In this document: positions 9,928 to 21,789 of the stretch, piece after piece
Layout of the letters: the number at the start of each line of letters is the position of its first letter
How positions within the stretch are numbered: position 1 is the stretch's first letter
Source of the DNA: a bacterium
GTDB taxonomy: Bacteria; Myxococcota_A; UBA9160; UBA6930
NCBI GenBank assembly: GCA_024228115.1
Contig: JAAETT010000546.1
Coordinates: 4,109 to 68,108, forward strand
DNA: 64,000 nucleotides
Direction of reading: 5' to 3'
Translations under genes and position numbers: made by a program
Notes under the pieces: generated by a model
What the model saw: the letters and a program-made list of their open reading frames with translations, nothing else
Told to the model about the DNA's origin: nothing
Databases searched by the model: none

Positions 9928-10686
9928 TCAATTCTCCGGAGCATCGGCTTTGCCGGGCGTGGCACCACGGGCCGGGGCATGCAGCTCGATGCGGAAATGG
10001 AGATCCTCCTCATCGGCCGGAAGCGGAATCAGTTGCAGGGCACCCCGGGGGCCCGCCATCAACCGGTCCATGAGCTCTCGCGGCCGCCCGGGAGCCTCGA
10101 CCTGGAGCAGCACCCGGCCCGCCTCGAAGCGCTCCGGGACGGCCAGGCGTGCTTCGCCCTGCTCGCGAAGAAGCTCCAGGAAGGCCTCGTAGGCGCTCCA
10201 ATCCCTCGTTTCGATCAACACACGGTGGGCCTGGGAGGGAATCTCGCCCGGTACGGTGGTGAGCCAGCCAGCGCTCCGCAGCCCCTGGGCCACCCGATCC
10301 ACATCGATCTGGGCCTCGATCTCGAGGGCGTACTCCAGCGAGATCTGGGGATCCGTCAGCACCCGCGCAGCCCGTTCTCCGCTCTCGGCCAGGACCCGGT
10401 AGCGAACGATGTAGTCGGAGGGCTTGCCCCCAAGGGCACCCAGGACGTCGAGGTCCGCAGGGGCCGGGCCACCGCGATCAGCCTCGACCAGATCCCGACC
10501 CAGCCGGGCCACGGCCGCGCCAAGGCCGTTGCGAAGGGCGGCCTGGCGAAGCGAAACCCCGGCCGGCGCCTGTTTGCCTGCTGGGCTGACGCCTTCGACC
10601 ACGACCCGCGCCGGCGTCACGGCGAGCGCCGCAACCGCCAGCATTCCGGCCAGCCCGGTCATTGCCCAGGAAAGCCCTCGCCTCAT
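9928..10686 (-). CDS. Hypothetical exported protein
   Basis: ATG overlaps the dnaE stop (ATGA); signal-peptide-like MRRGLSWAMTGLAGMLAVAALAVTPA; host-like codon usage. Confidence 0.7.
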   Translation of the reverse strand: MRRGLSWAMTGLAGMLAVAALAVTPARVVVEGVSPAGKQAPAGVSLRQAALRNGLGAAVARLGRDLVEADRGGPAPADLDVLGALGGKPSDYIVRYRVLAESGERAARVLTDPQISLEYALEIEAQIDVDRVAQGLRSAGWLTTVPGEIPSQAHRVLIETRDWSAYEAFLELLREQGEARLAVPERFEAGRVLLQVEAPGRPRELMDRLMAGPRGALQLIPLPADEEDLHFRIELHAPARGATPGKADAPEN

Positions 10687-13600
10687 AGCCCGACCTCCGA
10701 GACCGCACGCCCGAACAGGCCGTCGATCGCCTTGACCAGCTCCTGGGTCGGCTCGACGCCGCGGCTCTCCGGAATCGCCATCACGGTCTCGCTCTCGCCG
10801 GGGATCATCATATGGACCCACACGCTGCAATCGCCGGAGAAGCTGCGCAGCACGTCATCGAGGGCACTCAAGCGGTCGCGGCTCGCTTCATCGGCCAGGA
10901 TTCGAATGTGCACGCAAGCCGCCAGGCGCTCCTCGGCCTCGGCAAGCTCGAAGACGTCACGCAGCAGCAGCTTCGGCGGCTCGGCGCTCTCCAGGCTTCC
11001 CGACACGATGAGAGGGATGGCCGCCTGGGTCGCATCGCTGCCGGATTCGAGCGCCCTGCGCAGGAGATCCCGATGGGTGGCGTAGGGCTCGGCGAAGATC
11101 ACCAGTTCGAAACCACCCTCCAGGTCTTCGATCTTTCCGAAGGCCATCGTCTGGCCTCGGCGCGTGCGGGTCTCGCGCAGCCCCGTGATCAAGCCGCCGA
11201 CGCGCACGTCACGATTCACCCATTCGGCGGCCGTGGTTGCGGTGGCATCCGTGAAGCGAGCCAGCACGGGGAGATGCGCTTCGAGGGGATGGCCGGTGAC
11301 GTAGAAGCCCAGCACCTCCTTCTCGTAACCGAGTCGCTCCTGATCCGTCCACTGCGCGGCCTCGGGAAGCTCCGCGGGCGCGATCGCGTTGTCGGTCGCG
11401 TCGCCGAACAAGCTCTCCTGGCCGATCTCGCGATCACGCTGGGCCGCAGCCCCGGTTTCGAGCGCAGCATCGAGCCCGGCCCACAGGGAGGACCGATTGC
11501 GATGGAACGCATCGAAGGCACCGCACTTCACCAGGCTCTCCGCGACGCGCCGGTTGACCTTGCGCGCGTTCACGCGCCTGGCGAAATCGTAGAGACCCAG
11601 GAACGGGCCCTCTTCTTCTCGTACCGCCAGGATCGATTCGATGGCGCCCTCGCCGACATTCTTCACACCCGCGAGGCCGAAACGGATGCCCTCCGCGACC
11701 GGGGTGAAATCGCGCTTGGATTCGTTGACGTCCGGCGGCAGCACTTCGATCTTGCGTTCTTTCGTGTGGGCGATGTAGCGGGCGAGCTTGTCGTGGTTGC
11801 CCGCTTCGATGGAGAGCACGGAAGCCAGGAACTCGCGTGGGTGGTTCGCCTTGAGGTAGGCGGTTTGATAGGTGAGGTAGGCGTAGGCGGTCGAGTGCGC
11901 CTTCGGAAAGCCATAGCCTGCGAATTCCGCCATCAACGTGAACAGCTCGTCCGCTTTCTTCGGATCGATCCCGTTCTTCTCGGCACCGCTCACGAACTGG
12001 TTGCGATGCTTGGCCATCTCCTCGACCTTCTTCTTGCCCATCGCCCGGCGCAACAAATCGGCTTCGCCCAGGGTGTAGCCACCCAGCTGGTTGGCGATCT
12101 GGAGCACCTGATCCTGATACACGATCACGCCGAGGGTCTCTCGCAGGAGCTCCTCGAGTTCGGGCACCAGGTACTCGACCTTCGTGATGCCGTGCTTTCG
12201 ATCGACGTAGTCATCCACCATCCCGGAGCCCAACGGGCCGGGGCGGTAGAGTGCGATCAGGGGAATCACTTCCTTGAACGTGCGGGGCTTCAGCTTCATG
12301 ACCAGATCGGTCATGCCCGAGGATTCCATCTGGAAGACGCCCTCGGTATCGCCCTGGCAGAGCAGGTCGTAGCTCCCCTCGTCATCGAGGGGGATCGTAT
12401 CGATGGAGAAATCCGGGACGCCTCGGGCCCGGATGTGCTTCTCGGCATCGGCGATGATGGTGAGCGTGCGTAGCCCCAGGAAATCGAACTTGATCAGTCC
12501 GACCTTCTCGACACAGCGCATGTCGTACTGGGTCATCACGTCGCCGGTCTTGGCATCCCGGTAGAGCGGAACCATCTCGATCAGCGGCTGGGTGCCAATC
12601 ACGACGCCGGCGGCATGGGTCGAGGCGTGGCGGGTCAACCCTTCGAGCTTGCGGGCTGTCGTCAGGAGCTTGGCCACCTGCCCGTCCGCATCCATGCGGC
12701 TGCGAAGCTCGGGGCTCTGCTCGAGGGCCTCGTCCAGGTTGATGCCGAGGGTCTCCGGAACCAGCTTGGCGATGCGGTCGACATCGCCGTAGGGCATCCC
12801 GAGCACGCGGCCCACATCACGGATGGCCGCCCGAGCCTGAAGCGTTCCGAAGGTGATGATCTGGGAGACCCGCCGGCCATCATCACCCCGATCCGGTTCG
12901 TCGTATTTGTTGGCGACGTAGCGGATCACCTCGTCCCGTCCGCGCATGCAGAAATCCACGTCGATATCCGGCATCGAGATGCGTTCCGGGTTCAAGAAAC
13001 GCTCGAAGATGATGTCGTACTCGATCGGATCGACACCGGTAATTCCCAGGCTATAGGCGGCCAGACTGCCTGCAGAGGAGCCCCGCCCCGGCCCCACCGG
13101 AATACCGTTGCGTTTCGCGTAGCTGATGAAATCCGCCACGATCAGGAAGTAGCCGGCAAAACCCATCTGCCGGATCACGCCAAGCTCGTACTCCAGCCGG
13201 TTCGTGTATTCCGGATGCCTGCCCTCGAACGGCTGTTCGGGATCCATCCCGAGACTCGTACGAAGGCCGCGCCAGGCATCGCGCTCGAGCACTTCCTCGC
13301 GGGTCATGTTCGCCGGAACCTGGAATTCCGGCATGTGATAGGTGTCCATCGAAAGCTCGAGATTGCAGCGCTCGGCGATCTCCATGGAATTGTGGACGGC
13401 CGAGGGATGGTCGTGAAAGACCTCGAGCATCTCCGCGCCGCTCTTCACGTAGAAGCCGTGGCCGTCGAAGCGAAAGCGCTTCGTGTCGTCCAGGTTCGAC
13501 GCGGTACCGATGCAGAGCAGCGCGTCGTGATGGTCGTGGTCCTCCTCCTCCAGGTAGTGTGCATCGTTGGTCGCGAGGAGCGGCAACCCCAGGTCGGAGT

Positions 13601-14198
13601 GCATCTTCAGAAGCTCGGCGTTCACCCGGTCCTGATCCGGAATGCCGTGGCGTTGGAGCTCCAGGTAGTAACGGTCCTTGAACGTCTCGGACATTTCTTC
13701 GACGAGGCGCCACGCGGTATCGACTTCGCCACCCAGGATCCGTCGGCACACCAGCGAGGAGAGGCAGCCGCTGGTCGTGATCAGCCCTTCGCTGTGCTTG
13801 TTCAGCAGGTCCAGATCGATCCGCGGCTTGTAGTAGAAGCCCTCCAAGTAGGCCTTGGAGATCAGGAACATCAGGTTGTGGTAGCCCGTCTCGTTCATCG
13901 CCAGCAGCAGCTGGTGGCTGATGGCATCGAAACCGCTCGCATCCCGTTCGCGCTTCTCCTTGTCGAATCGCGAGCCCGCAGCGATGTAGGCCTCGCAGCC
14001 GATGATCGGCTTGATGCCGTTGGCGCGGGCTTTCTCGTAGAACTCCACCGCCCCGAACAGGTTGCCGTGATCGGTCATGGCAATCGAGTTCTGCCCGAGG
14101 GCCTTCACCCGCTCGAAGAGTGGGTTGTGCTTGATCGCGCCATCGAGGAGCGAGTACTGGGTGTGGAGATGGAGATGCGAGAAGGGAACGTCCGTCAC
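10683..14198 (-). CDS. dnaE: DNA polymerase III subunit alpha
   Basis: PHP domain HLHLHTQYSLLDG, GPGRGSSAGS, RISMPDIDVDF, GLIKFDFLGL, FPKAH; 1171 aa. Confidence 0.98.
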   Translation of the reverse strand: MTDVPFSHLHLHTQYSLLDGAIKHNPLFERVKALGQNSIAMTDHGNLFGAVEFYEKARANGIKPIIGCEAYIAAGSRFDKEKRERDASGFDAISHQLLLAMNETGYHNLMFLISKAYLEGFYYKPRIDLDLLNKHSEGLITTSGCLSSLVCRRILGGEVDTAWRLVEEMSETFKDRYYLELQRHGIPDQDRVNAELLKMHSDLGLPLLATNDAHYLEEEDHDHHDALLCIGTASNLDDTKRFRFDGHGFYVKSGAEMLEVFHDHPSAVHNSMEIAERCNLELSMDTYHMPEFQVPANMTREEVLERDAWRGLRTSLGMDPEQPFEGRHPEYTNRLEYELGVIRQMGFAGYFLIVADFISYAKRNGIPVGPGRGSSAGSLAAYSLGITGVDPIEYDIIFERFLNPERISMPDIDVDFCMRGRDEVIRYVANKYDEPDRGDDGRRVSQIITFGTLQARAAIRDVGRVLGMPYGDVDRIAKLVPETLGINLDEALEQSPELRSRMDADGQVAKLLTTARKLEGLTRHASTHAAGVVIGTQPLIEMVPLYRDAKTGDVMTQYDMRCVEKVGLIKFDFLGLRTLTIIADAEKHIRARGVPDFSIDTIPLDDEGSYDLLCQGDTEGVFQMESSGMTDLVMKLKPRTFKEVIPLIALYRPGPLGSGMVDDYVDRKHGITKVEYLVPELEELLRETLGVIVYQDQVLQIANQLGGYTLGEADLLRRAMGKKKVEEMAKHRNQFVSGAEKNGIDPKKADELFTLMAEFAGYGFPKAHSTAYAYLTYQTAYLKANHPREFLASVLSIEAGNHDKLARYIAHTKERKIEVLPPDVNESKRDFTPVAEGIRFGLAGVKNVGEGAIESILAVREEEGPFLGLYDFARRVNARKVNRRVAESLVKCGAFDAFHRNRSSLWAGLDAALETGAAAQRDREIGQESLFGDATDNAIAPAELPEAAQWTDQERLGYEKEVLGFYVTGHPLEAHLPVLARFTDATATTAAEWVNRDVRVGGLITGLRETRTRRGQTMAFGKIEDLEGGFELVIFAEPYATHRDLLRRALESGSDATQAAIPLIVSGSLESAEPPKLLLRDVFELAEAEERLAACVHIRILADEASRDRLSALDDVLRSFSGDCSVWVHMMIPGESETVMAIPESRGVEPTQELVKAIDGLFGRAVSEVGL

Positions 14199-14205
14199 GT
14201 CCGCC

Positions 14206-15765
14206 CTACTCCCACTCGATGGTGGCGGGAGGTTTCGAGGAGATGTCGTAGACGACCCGGTTCACCCCGGAAACCTCGTTCGTGATGCGGTTCGAGGCGA
14301 GCGCCAGCACTTCGGGTGGCATGCGCGACCAATCTGCGGTCATTCCGTCGACGGAGCTGACGCAGCGCAGGGCGATGCAATCCTCGTAGGTGCGTGCGTC
14401 ACCCATCACTCCGACACTCTGGATCGGGAGGAAGACGGCGAAGGCCTGCCAGATCTCGTCGTAGAGGCCAGCGCGTCGGATCTCCTCGATCAGGATCGCG
14501 TCCGCCTGGCGCAGGCAAGTCAACCGCTGGGCGGTGACCTCCCCCATGATGCGGATCGCCAGACCGGGGCCCGGGAACGGATGGCGACCGACCATCGCTT
14601 CCGGAAGGTCGAGCGTCCGGCCCGCCTCGCGGACCTCGTCCTTGAAGAGCTCGCGAAGCGGCTCGACCAGTTCCAGACGCATCCGCTCGGGAAGGCCCCC
14701 GACGTTGTGGTGGCTCTTGATCGTCGCCGACGGACCACCCACCGAAACGCTCTCGATGACGTCCGGATAGAGGGTGCCCTGGACGAGGAAATCGGCGCCG
14801 CCCAGCTTCTTGGATTCCTCCTCGAAGATATCGATGAAGAGGTGCCCGATGATGCGCCGCTTGCGTTCCGGATCTTCCACTCCGGCCAGGAGCTTCAAGA
14901 AACGCTCCCGCGCATCCACTGTGATCAGCGGGATCCCCAGGTGTTCGCCGAACGCCCGCTCGACATCCTCGCGTTCGTTTTGTCGGAGCAGACCATGATC
15001 GACGAAGATGCAGGTCTGCCGGTCGCCGATCGCGCGGTGCACGAGCGCCGCGGCGACCGACGAATCGACCCCCCCGGACAGGCCGCAGATCACCCGACCC
15101 GAGCCCACCTGGCTGCGAACCTTCTCGCAGGCGTCGTCGACGAAGGCGTCCATCGTCCAACTGCCTTCACAGCCGCAGATCGTGTGGACGAAGTTGGTGA
15201 GAATGCGCGCGCCATCTTCGGTGTGCACCACCTCCGGGTGGAACTGCAGGCCGTAAACGGGTCGGTCGCGATGGCCCACCGCTGCGAACGGCGAGTTCTC
15301 GCTCGTGGCAAGGATCTCGAAGCCCTCGGGCAGCCGGAGCACGCGGTCGCCGTGGCTCATCCAGACGTGTCGCTCGGCCCGTCCGTCGAGCCCGTTGAAG
15401 AGCGGATGGTCGGCCGCTTTCAGCTTGAGCAGCGCGCGGCCGTACTCATGGTCATCCGCACTTTCGACCAGCCCGCCGAGTTCCCGGGTGAGCAGCTGCA
15501 GGCCGTAACAGATGCCGAGGATCGGCACGTCCAGTCCGAGCACCGCCGGGTCGAGGCTCGGGGCGTCTTCAGCCAGCACACTGGACGGCCCGCCCGAAAG
15601 CACGAGGCCGGCCGGGCGCCAGGCCCGGACCTGCTCCGCCGTCAACGTCGGCGGATGGATCTCGCAGTAGACCTGCTGCTCCCGGATCCTCCGGGCAATC
15701 AGCTGGGTGAACTGGGACCCGAAGTCCAGGATGAGGATACGATCGCGGTGTGCGTCACTCGACAA
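14206..15765 (-). CDS. guaA: GMP synthase (glutamine-hydrolysing)
   Basis: [59 protein letters not shown]. Predicted TTG start. Confidence 0.97.
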   Translation of the reverse strand: MSSDAHRDRILILDFGSQFTQLIARRIREQQVYCEIHPPTLTAEQVRAWRPAGLVLSGGPSSVLAEDAPSLDPAVLGLDVPILGICYGLQLLTRELGGLVESADDHEYGRALLKLKAADHPLFNGLDGRAERHVWMSHGDRVLRLPEGFEILATSENSPFAAVGHRDRPVYGLQFHPEVVHTEDGARILTNFVHTICGCEGSWTMDAFVDDACEKVRSQVGSGRVICGLSGGVDSSVAAALVHRAIGDRQTCIFVDHGLLRQNEREDVERAFGEHLGIPLITVDARERFLKLLAGVEDPERKRRIIGHLFIDIFEEESKKLGGADFLVQGTLYPDVIESVSVGGPSATIKSHHNVGGLPERMRLELVEPLRELFKDEVREAGRTLDLPEAMVGRHPFPGPGLAIRIMGEVTAQRLTCLRQADAILIEEIRRAGLYDEIWQAFAVFLPIQSVGVMGDARTYEDCIALRCVSSVDGMTADWSRMPPEVLALASNRITNEVSGVNRVVYDISSKPPATIEWE

Positions 15766-15841
15766 AGGGGGCGCCCCTGCTGGAGAGGGCCTGGAGGAAG
15801 GCCCAACGGTGGTGCGGGGAATCTGAGGGGTTCTAGCGCGG

Positions 15842-17566
<1,725 letters not shown>

Positions 17567-17655
17567 TTAGCTGAACCTGCAGTCGAGGCCCTCATGAACC
17601 CTTCTCACGCCTGCCTCGGAAGCACCGCCGATCTACCCCAAGGAGAGTCCAACCG

Positions 17656-19011
17656 TTGACGGCCTCGACCACGCCGAGCGACGCCCCCGCCCGCCCCTGG
17701 CGCTCGATCCCGATCGATGGGATCGGGGATACCCTGCGCGCGCTGCCGCGCATCAAGCGCGACATGCTCGGGGTCGTCAGCGAGCGCTGCCAGCGAAATG
17801 GCCTGGTCGTGAGGCAGAACCAGGGCCCGATCCGCGCGGTCAACCTCTTCGGGCCCGATGCGAACCGCTTCGTGCTGCTCGATCGCGACGAGATCTTCTC
17901 GGCGAAGAAGTCGTGGGATCTCATCATGGGTCGCATCTTCACGAACGGCCTGCTGCTTCGGGACGGTGAAGATCACCGTTTCCATCGCCGTCTCCTGCGT
18001 GAGGCGTTCCGTACGCCCGCGCTCCAGTCGTACCTCGACCAGATGAACGAGGCGCTCGTTCCGTGGGCCGAGGGCCTCGCGCTCAAGGGCGGGCACATCC
18101 GCGCCTTCCCGGTGATCAAGCAGATGGCGCTCGACATGGCGTGCCGGATCTTCCTCGGCCTGCCGCCCGGCTCCGACAACACGAAGATGAACCACGCGTT
18201 CGAGGCAACGGTGGCCGCCTCGATGTCGATCCTGCGTCTACCGATCCCCGGCCTCGAGTTCAATCGCGGGCTCGAGGGGCGCAAGTACATGATCCGCCGC
18301 TTCAAGCGCATGATCCAGGAGCGCCGCGGAGGAGAGAGCGGCGGCTCCGACACCTTCACCCGCCTCTGTCATGCCGAGAACGAGAATGGCGAACGCCTCG
18401 CCGACCAGGAGATCATCGATCACATGATCTTCCTGATGATGGCGGCCCACGACACGACGACGAGCGCTCTCACCTCGCTGCTCTACGAACTCGCGGCCAA
18501 CTCCGCGTGGCAAGAGCGCCTGCGAGACGAGGTGCATGCGTTCGACAAGCCGGCGATCGAGTGGGACGACCTGCTCCACGTGAAGGACCACATCCTCGCG
18601 ATCCAGGAGGTGCTGCGCCGCTATCCGCCGCTCTCGACGATCCCGCGCATGGCGACGGCCGACTTCGAGTGGGGGGGCTACCGGATCCCCGCCGGCACGA
18701 TGACGATCATCTACCCGATCCACACGCACCACATGGCCAAGTGGTGGAGCGATCCGTTCCGTTTCGACCCCGATCGCTTCGCGGAGGGCCGCGAGGAACA
18801 CAAGCGACACAGCCACTCGTACGTGCCCTTCGGCGGCGGCAACCACATGTGCCTCGGGCTGCGCTTCGCCGAAACCCAGATCAAGGCCGCGCTCTTCCAG
18901 TTGCTGCAACGCGTGCGCCTCAGCGTGCCCGAGGGCTACGTGATGCCGGTCCAGCAGGCGCCTATCTCGAAGCCGGTGGACGGGCTACCGCTCACGCTAG
19001 AGCCGCTCTAG
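17656..19011 (+). CDS. Cytochrome P450 (resembles the CYP136-like group)
   Basis: I-helix MMAAHDTT, ExxR (EVLR), FRFDPDRF and heme motif FGGGNHMCLG. Confidence 0.93.
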   Translation: MTASTTPSDAPARPWRSIPIDGIGDTLRALPRIKRDMLGVVSERCQRNGLVVRQNQGPIRAVNLFGPDANRFVLLDRDEIFSAKKSWDLIMGRIFTNGLLLRDGEDHRFHRRLLREAFRTPALQSYLDQMNEALVPWAEGLALKGGHIRAFPVIKQMALDMACRIFLGLPPGSDNTKMNHAFEATVAASMSILRLPIPGLEFNRGLEGRKYMIRRFKRMIQERRGGESGGSDTFTRLCHAENENGERLADQEIIDHMIFLMMAAHDTTTSALTSLLYELAANSAWQERLRDEVHAFDKPAIEWDDLLHVKDHILAIQEVLRRYPPLSTIPRMATADFEWGGYRIPAGTMTIIYPIHTHHMAKWWSDPFRFDPDRFAEGREEHKRHSHSYVPFGGGNHMCLGLRFAETQIKAALFQLLQRVRLSVPEGYVMPVQQAPISKPVDGLPLTLEPL

Positions 19012-19166
19012 GAGGCGCATACGGAACAACGCGTCGAACGCGGGCCACCGCGCAAGGCCCCGGATGCGTCTCGATATGCGGGCATGAGTCTGCGAGAATT
19101 GGGCACTCGCAGGAACAGGTGCTCGGTGAGAACGTGCGACTCGAACGGGCAGCAGAGGGATGCAAG

Positions 19167-19472
19167 GTGGCCGATCTCAAGACAGTGACCCACGCCGAGT
19201 TCGAGGAGCGCCTCGAACAGGATTTTCGATTGCACGTCGACGAGTCTCAGATCATCGACCTGAAGCTCACGCGCGTCGATCCGCAGGGTCCGGCCGAGAC
19301 GGAGAGTGGACTCCGCCGGCCCTTCTCGCTGACCTTCGAGGCCCATTCGGCCTCCCTGCTTCCGCAGCGGATCTACCAGGTCGAGCACGCAGCACTGGGT
19401 CGCCTTGAGCTCTTCCTGGTGCCGGTCGGGCGTGAGGGAGAACGCGTCCTCTACGAGGCGGTCTTCAACTGA
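19167..19472 (+). CDS. DUF6916-like small beta protein (cytoplasmic)
   Basis: GTG after AGAGGGA; ...RPFSLTF...LLPQRIYQVEHAALGRLELFLVPVG...YEAVFN, the pattern typical of proteins beside tail-collar triplets. It is the C-terminal part of the 18063..19472 frame. Confidence 0.75.
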   Translation: MADLKTVTHAEFEERLEQDFRLHVDESQIIDLKLTRVDPQGPAETESGLRRPFSLTFEAHSASLLPQRIYQVEHAALGRLELFLVPVGREGERVLYEAVFN

Positions 19473-19487
19473 GTCCGCCCGATCGGG

Positions 19488-20039
19488 CTATCCCGCAGGG
19501 GCTCCCGAAGGCCCGTTCTCCTCGCCTCCCTGGAGGGCGGTGATTTCGTCCAGAGCCCGGTGCATGAGCTTGTAGATGCCGACGTCGTCCACGGGCGCGA
19601 AGCCCATCCGCTGGTAGAGGCGCATGGCGGGGTTCGATTCCTCGACGTGGAGGCTCACCAAGCGCCGGCTCTGCTCCGCCTCGTCGAGCACGTCCTGAAC
19701 GAGGTGGGTCCCGATGCCGCGTCCCCGGCGCTCGGGAAGCAGCGCGATGTCCATGATGCGGATCTCGCGCTTCATCGGCTCCACGTAGTAGCGGCCAATG
19801 GTCCGGCCCCCCTCGCAGACGAGGTCGTATCGCGCATCGGGGTAGTGCTGGTGGTAGTGACGGTGCTGGAGCTCGAACTGACTGCGCAGGAAGGCGCCCT
19901 TCTGAGCATCGCTCCAGGGGACGATCGCCATCTCGTCGGCGCGGGAGGATGAGTACACCCGGTAGAGAAACTCGAGGTCGCCATCGGAAGCCGGGCGCAG
20001 GGTCACGCCGGGGTACGACGTGGTCCGGTCGTGGGGCAT
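19488..20039 (-). CDS. GNAT family N-acetyltransferase
   Basis: LRPASDGDLEFL N-terminus; acetyl-CoA motif A IALLPERRGRGIG; LHVEESNPAMRLYQRMGF. Confidence 0.9.
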   Translation of the reverse strand: MPHDRTTSYPGVTLRPASDGDLEFLYRVYSSSRADEMAIVPWSDAQKGAFLRSQFELQHRHYHQHYPDARYDLVCEGGRTIGRYYVEPMKREIRIMDIALLPERRGRGIGTHLVQDVLDEAEQSRRLVSLHVEESNPAMRLYQRMGFAPVDDVGIYKLMHRALDEITALQGGEENGPSGAPAG

Positions 20040-20055
20040 CGATGGCGCCGGCCCG

Positions 20056-20580
20056 TCAGCTGCGGGAGGGGTAGAGCCCAACCAGCGCAATGATGTAGTT
20101 GAGCGCCAGCAAGGGCTGCACGTTGTTGTGCATCTGACCGCCGCCGACGGGGCTGATCACGTTGACGTCCATGTCGACGACGTCTGCGTCGCCCGCGGCC
20201 ACCGCCGGCGCATACCAACTGGCTCCGCCCAGGCCTCGCGTACCGGTCGGGTTCGCCGCCTCCAGGTTCGAGTAGCCCACCATCGCGTGGCTGTGAGGCG
20301 GGACCTGGGCCTCGCTCAGGGTCTGCGTCTCGGCGCCACCCCTCTCCCCCAGCCGGCGAGAGGTGAGGCCGGGGCCGCGACCCGGGTGCATGGGCGCACG
20401 CCCCTGCAGGTCCGGAAGCGCCGTCGTGGTGCGTCCATCGCCCCCGTAGGTGGTGCCGATGAGGGAGAAGAGCGCCGTATTCTGGGCGATCGGCAGGAGC
20501 TGGCCGTTGCAGAAGGCCCAGCCTCGCGGAGCGAAGTTGCCGGCGAAGATCCTGATCTCGGCGATGAAGGGCTCGGACAT
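20056..20580 (-). CDS. Phage tail-collar domain protein (so-called microcystin-dependent protein), paralogue 3
   Basis: MSEPFIAEIRIFAGNFAPRGWAFCNGQLLPIAQNTALFSLIGTTYGGDGRTT.ALPDLQGR ... HNNVQPLLALNYIIALVGLYPSR. Confidence 0.9.
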   Translation of the reverse strand: MSEPFIAEIRIFAGNFAPRGWAFCNGQLLPIAQNTALFSLIGTTYGGDGRTTTALPDLQGRAPMHPGRGPGLTSRRLGERGGAETQTLSEAQVPPHSHAMVGYSNLEAANPTGTRGLGGASWYAPAVAAGDADVVDMDVNVISPVGGGQMHNNVQPLLALNYIIALVGLYPSRS

Positions 20581-20652
20581 GGCGCGTCCTCTCTATGGGT
20601 TGGCTCTCGCTCTGCTGGCAGTTCGTTCATCGGGTCCTGGTGGCGCTCCGAA

Positions 20653-21171
20653 TCAGTGGCGCGACGGGTAGATCCCAAGGAGTGCGATGATGAAGTGGAT
20701 GCACAGGAAGGGCATGAGGTTCCCGTGGGACTGCCCTCCTCCGGGAGCGGGTGTGATCGCCCGCGTATCCATGGCTCTCGGCCCCGCCGTGCCGTAGAGA
20801 TTGCTTCCGGTGGCTGTTGCCACCGTGTGACCGGCCGGGTCGGAATCCTCGGCGGTTTCGGCCGAGGCGTACCAGGAGTGGCTGTGACTGGGGAGCTGAT
20901 TGGTGGTGACGCTCACCTGCTCCTCCCCGCCCTTCGACCCGAGTTGCCGAGGGCTGAGGCCGGGCCCCGAGCCCTGGTGGTTCGGAATACGACCGCGCAA
21001 GTCCGGAAGGCCGAAGGTGGTGCGTCCGTCGCCCCCGTAGATGGTCCCCAGGAGGCTGAAGAGGGCGTCGTTCTGGGAGACCGCGAGGAGCTGACCGTCG
21101 CAGAACGCCCAGCTGCGCGGCGCGAAGTTACCCGCGAACATTCGGATCTCGCCGACGAAGGGCTCGGACAT
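20653..21171 (-). CDS. Phage tail-collar domain protein, paralogue 2
   Basis: MSEPFVGEIRMFAGNFAPRSWAFCDGQLL...GTIYGGDGRTTFGLPDLRGR ... HGNLMPFLCIHFIIALLGIYPSR. Confidence 0.9.
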   Translation of the reverse strand: MSEPFVGEIRMFAGNFAPRSWAFCDGQLLAVSQNDALFSLLGTIYGGDGRTTFGLPDLRGRIPNHQGSGPGLSPRQLGSKGGEEQVSVTTNQLPSHSHSWYASAETAEDSDPAGHTVATATGSNLYGTAGPRAMDTRAITPAPGGGQSHGNLMPFLCIHFIIALLGIYPSRH

Positions 21172-21203
21172 TTCTCTTCTCCTGGCTCTGGATCTATTTC
21201 CGG

Positions 21204-21731
21204 TCAGATTCGCGAAGGAAAGAGACCCTGAAGTGCAATGCAGTAGCTCAGCGTCAGATAGGGCTGCATGTTGTTGTGCCCCTGCCCTCCGCCGCCGTTC
21301 GCGACCGTGCTGGTGTGCAGGCTCTGCGGGCTGGTGCGGTCGCTGTAGGGGATGATCGAGAAGGGCCCGCCACTCGTGACGGCGAGCAGCTTGCCCTGCG
21401 GATCGGTCGAGCTCACCGTGGCGCTCGTCGCCCTGGCCTCGTGCTCGTGTTGGGGGATCTCTTGGGTCGAGAGTTGGTGATTCTCCTCTCCGGTCTTCTG
21501 TCCCAGCGGGTGCGAGGCCCCGTTCGAGCTTCCGACGTGGATCGGCGTACGGCCCCGAAGGTCAGGGAGAGCGAAGCTGGTCCTCCCGTCGCCGCCGTAC
21601 GTGGTACCGAGCAGCGAGTAGAGCGCCTGGTTCTGGTTGATGGGGAGGATCTGTCCATCACAGAACGCCCAGCCGCGGGGCGGGAAGTTGAAGCCGACGA
21701 TCTTGATCTCGGCGAGAAAGGGCTCGGACAT
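21204..21731 (-). CDS. Phage tail-collar domain protein, paralogue 1
   Basis: MSEPFLAEIKIVGFNFPPRGWAFCDGQILPINQNQALYSLLGTTYGGDGRTSFALPDLRGR ... HNNMQPYLTLSYCIALQGLFPSR. Confidence 0.9.
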   Translation of the reverse strand: MSEPFLAEIKIVGFNFPPRGWAFCDGQILPINQNQALYSLLGTTYGGDGRTSFALPDLRGRTPIHVGSSNGASHPLGQKTGEENHQLSTQEIPQHEHEARATSATVSSTDPQGKLLAVTSGGPFSIIPYSDRTSPQSLHTSTVANGGGGQGHNNMQPYLTLSYCIALQGLFPSRI

Positions 21732-21789
21732 GGAGCATCTCCTGGGCGTTCAGTGCCGTGCCTGGCGCCATCGGCAGGCGATCGAGCGC

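Noticed and set aside
18063-19166. 469-aa ORF overlapping the P450 in another frame
   Set aside because: Only the last 101 codons (from GTG 19167, with an RBS) look like a real protein. The rest is Arg/Pro/Gly-rich off-frame sequence.
19488-21731. Prophage or tailocin interpretation of the tail-collar genes
   Set aside because: No integrase, capsid, terminase, sheath, tube, baseplate or lysis genes, and no att repeats were seen in the window.
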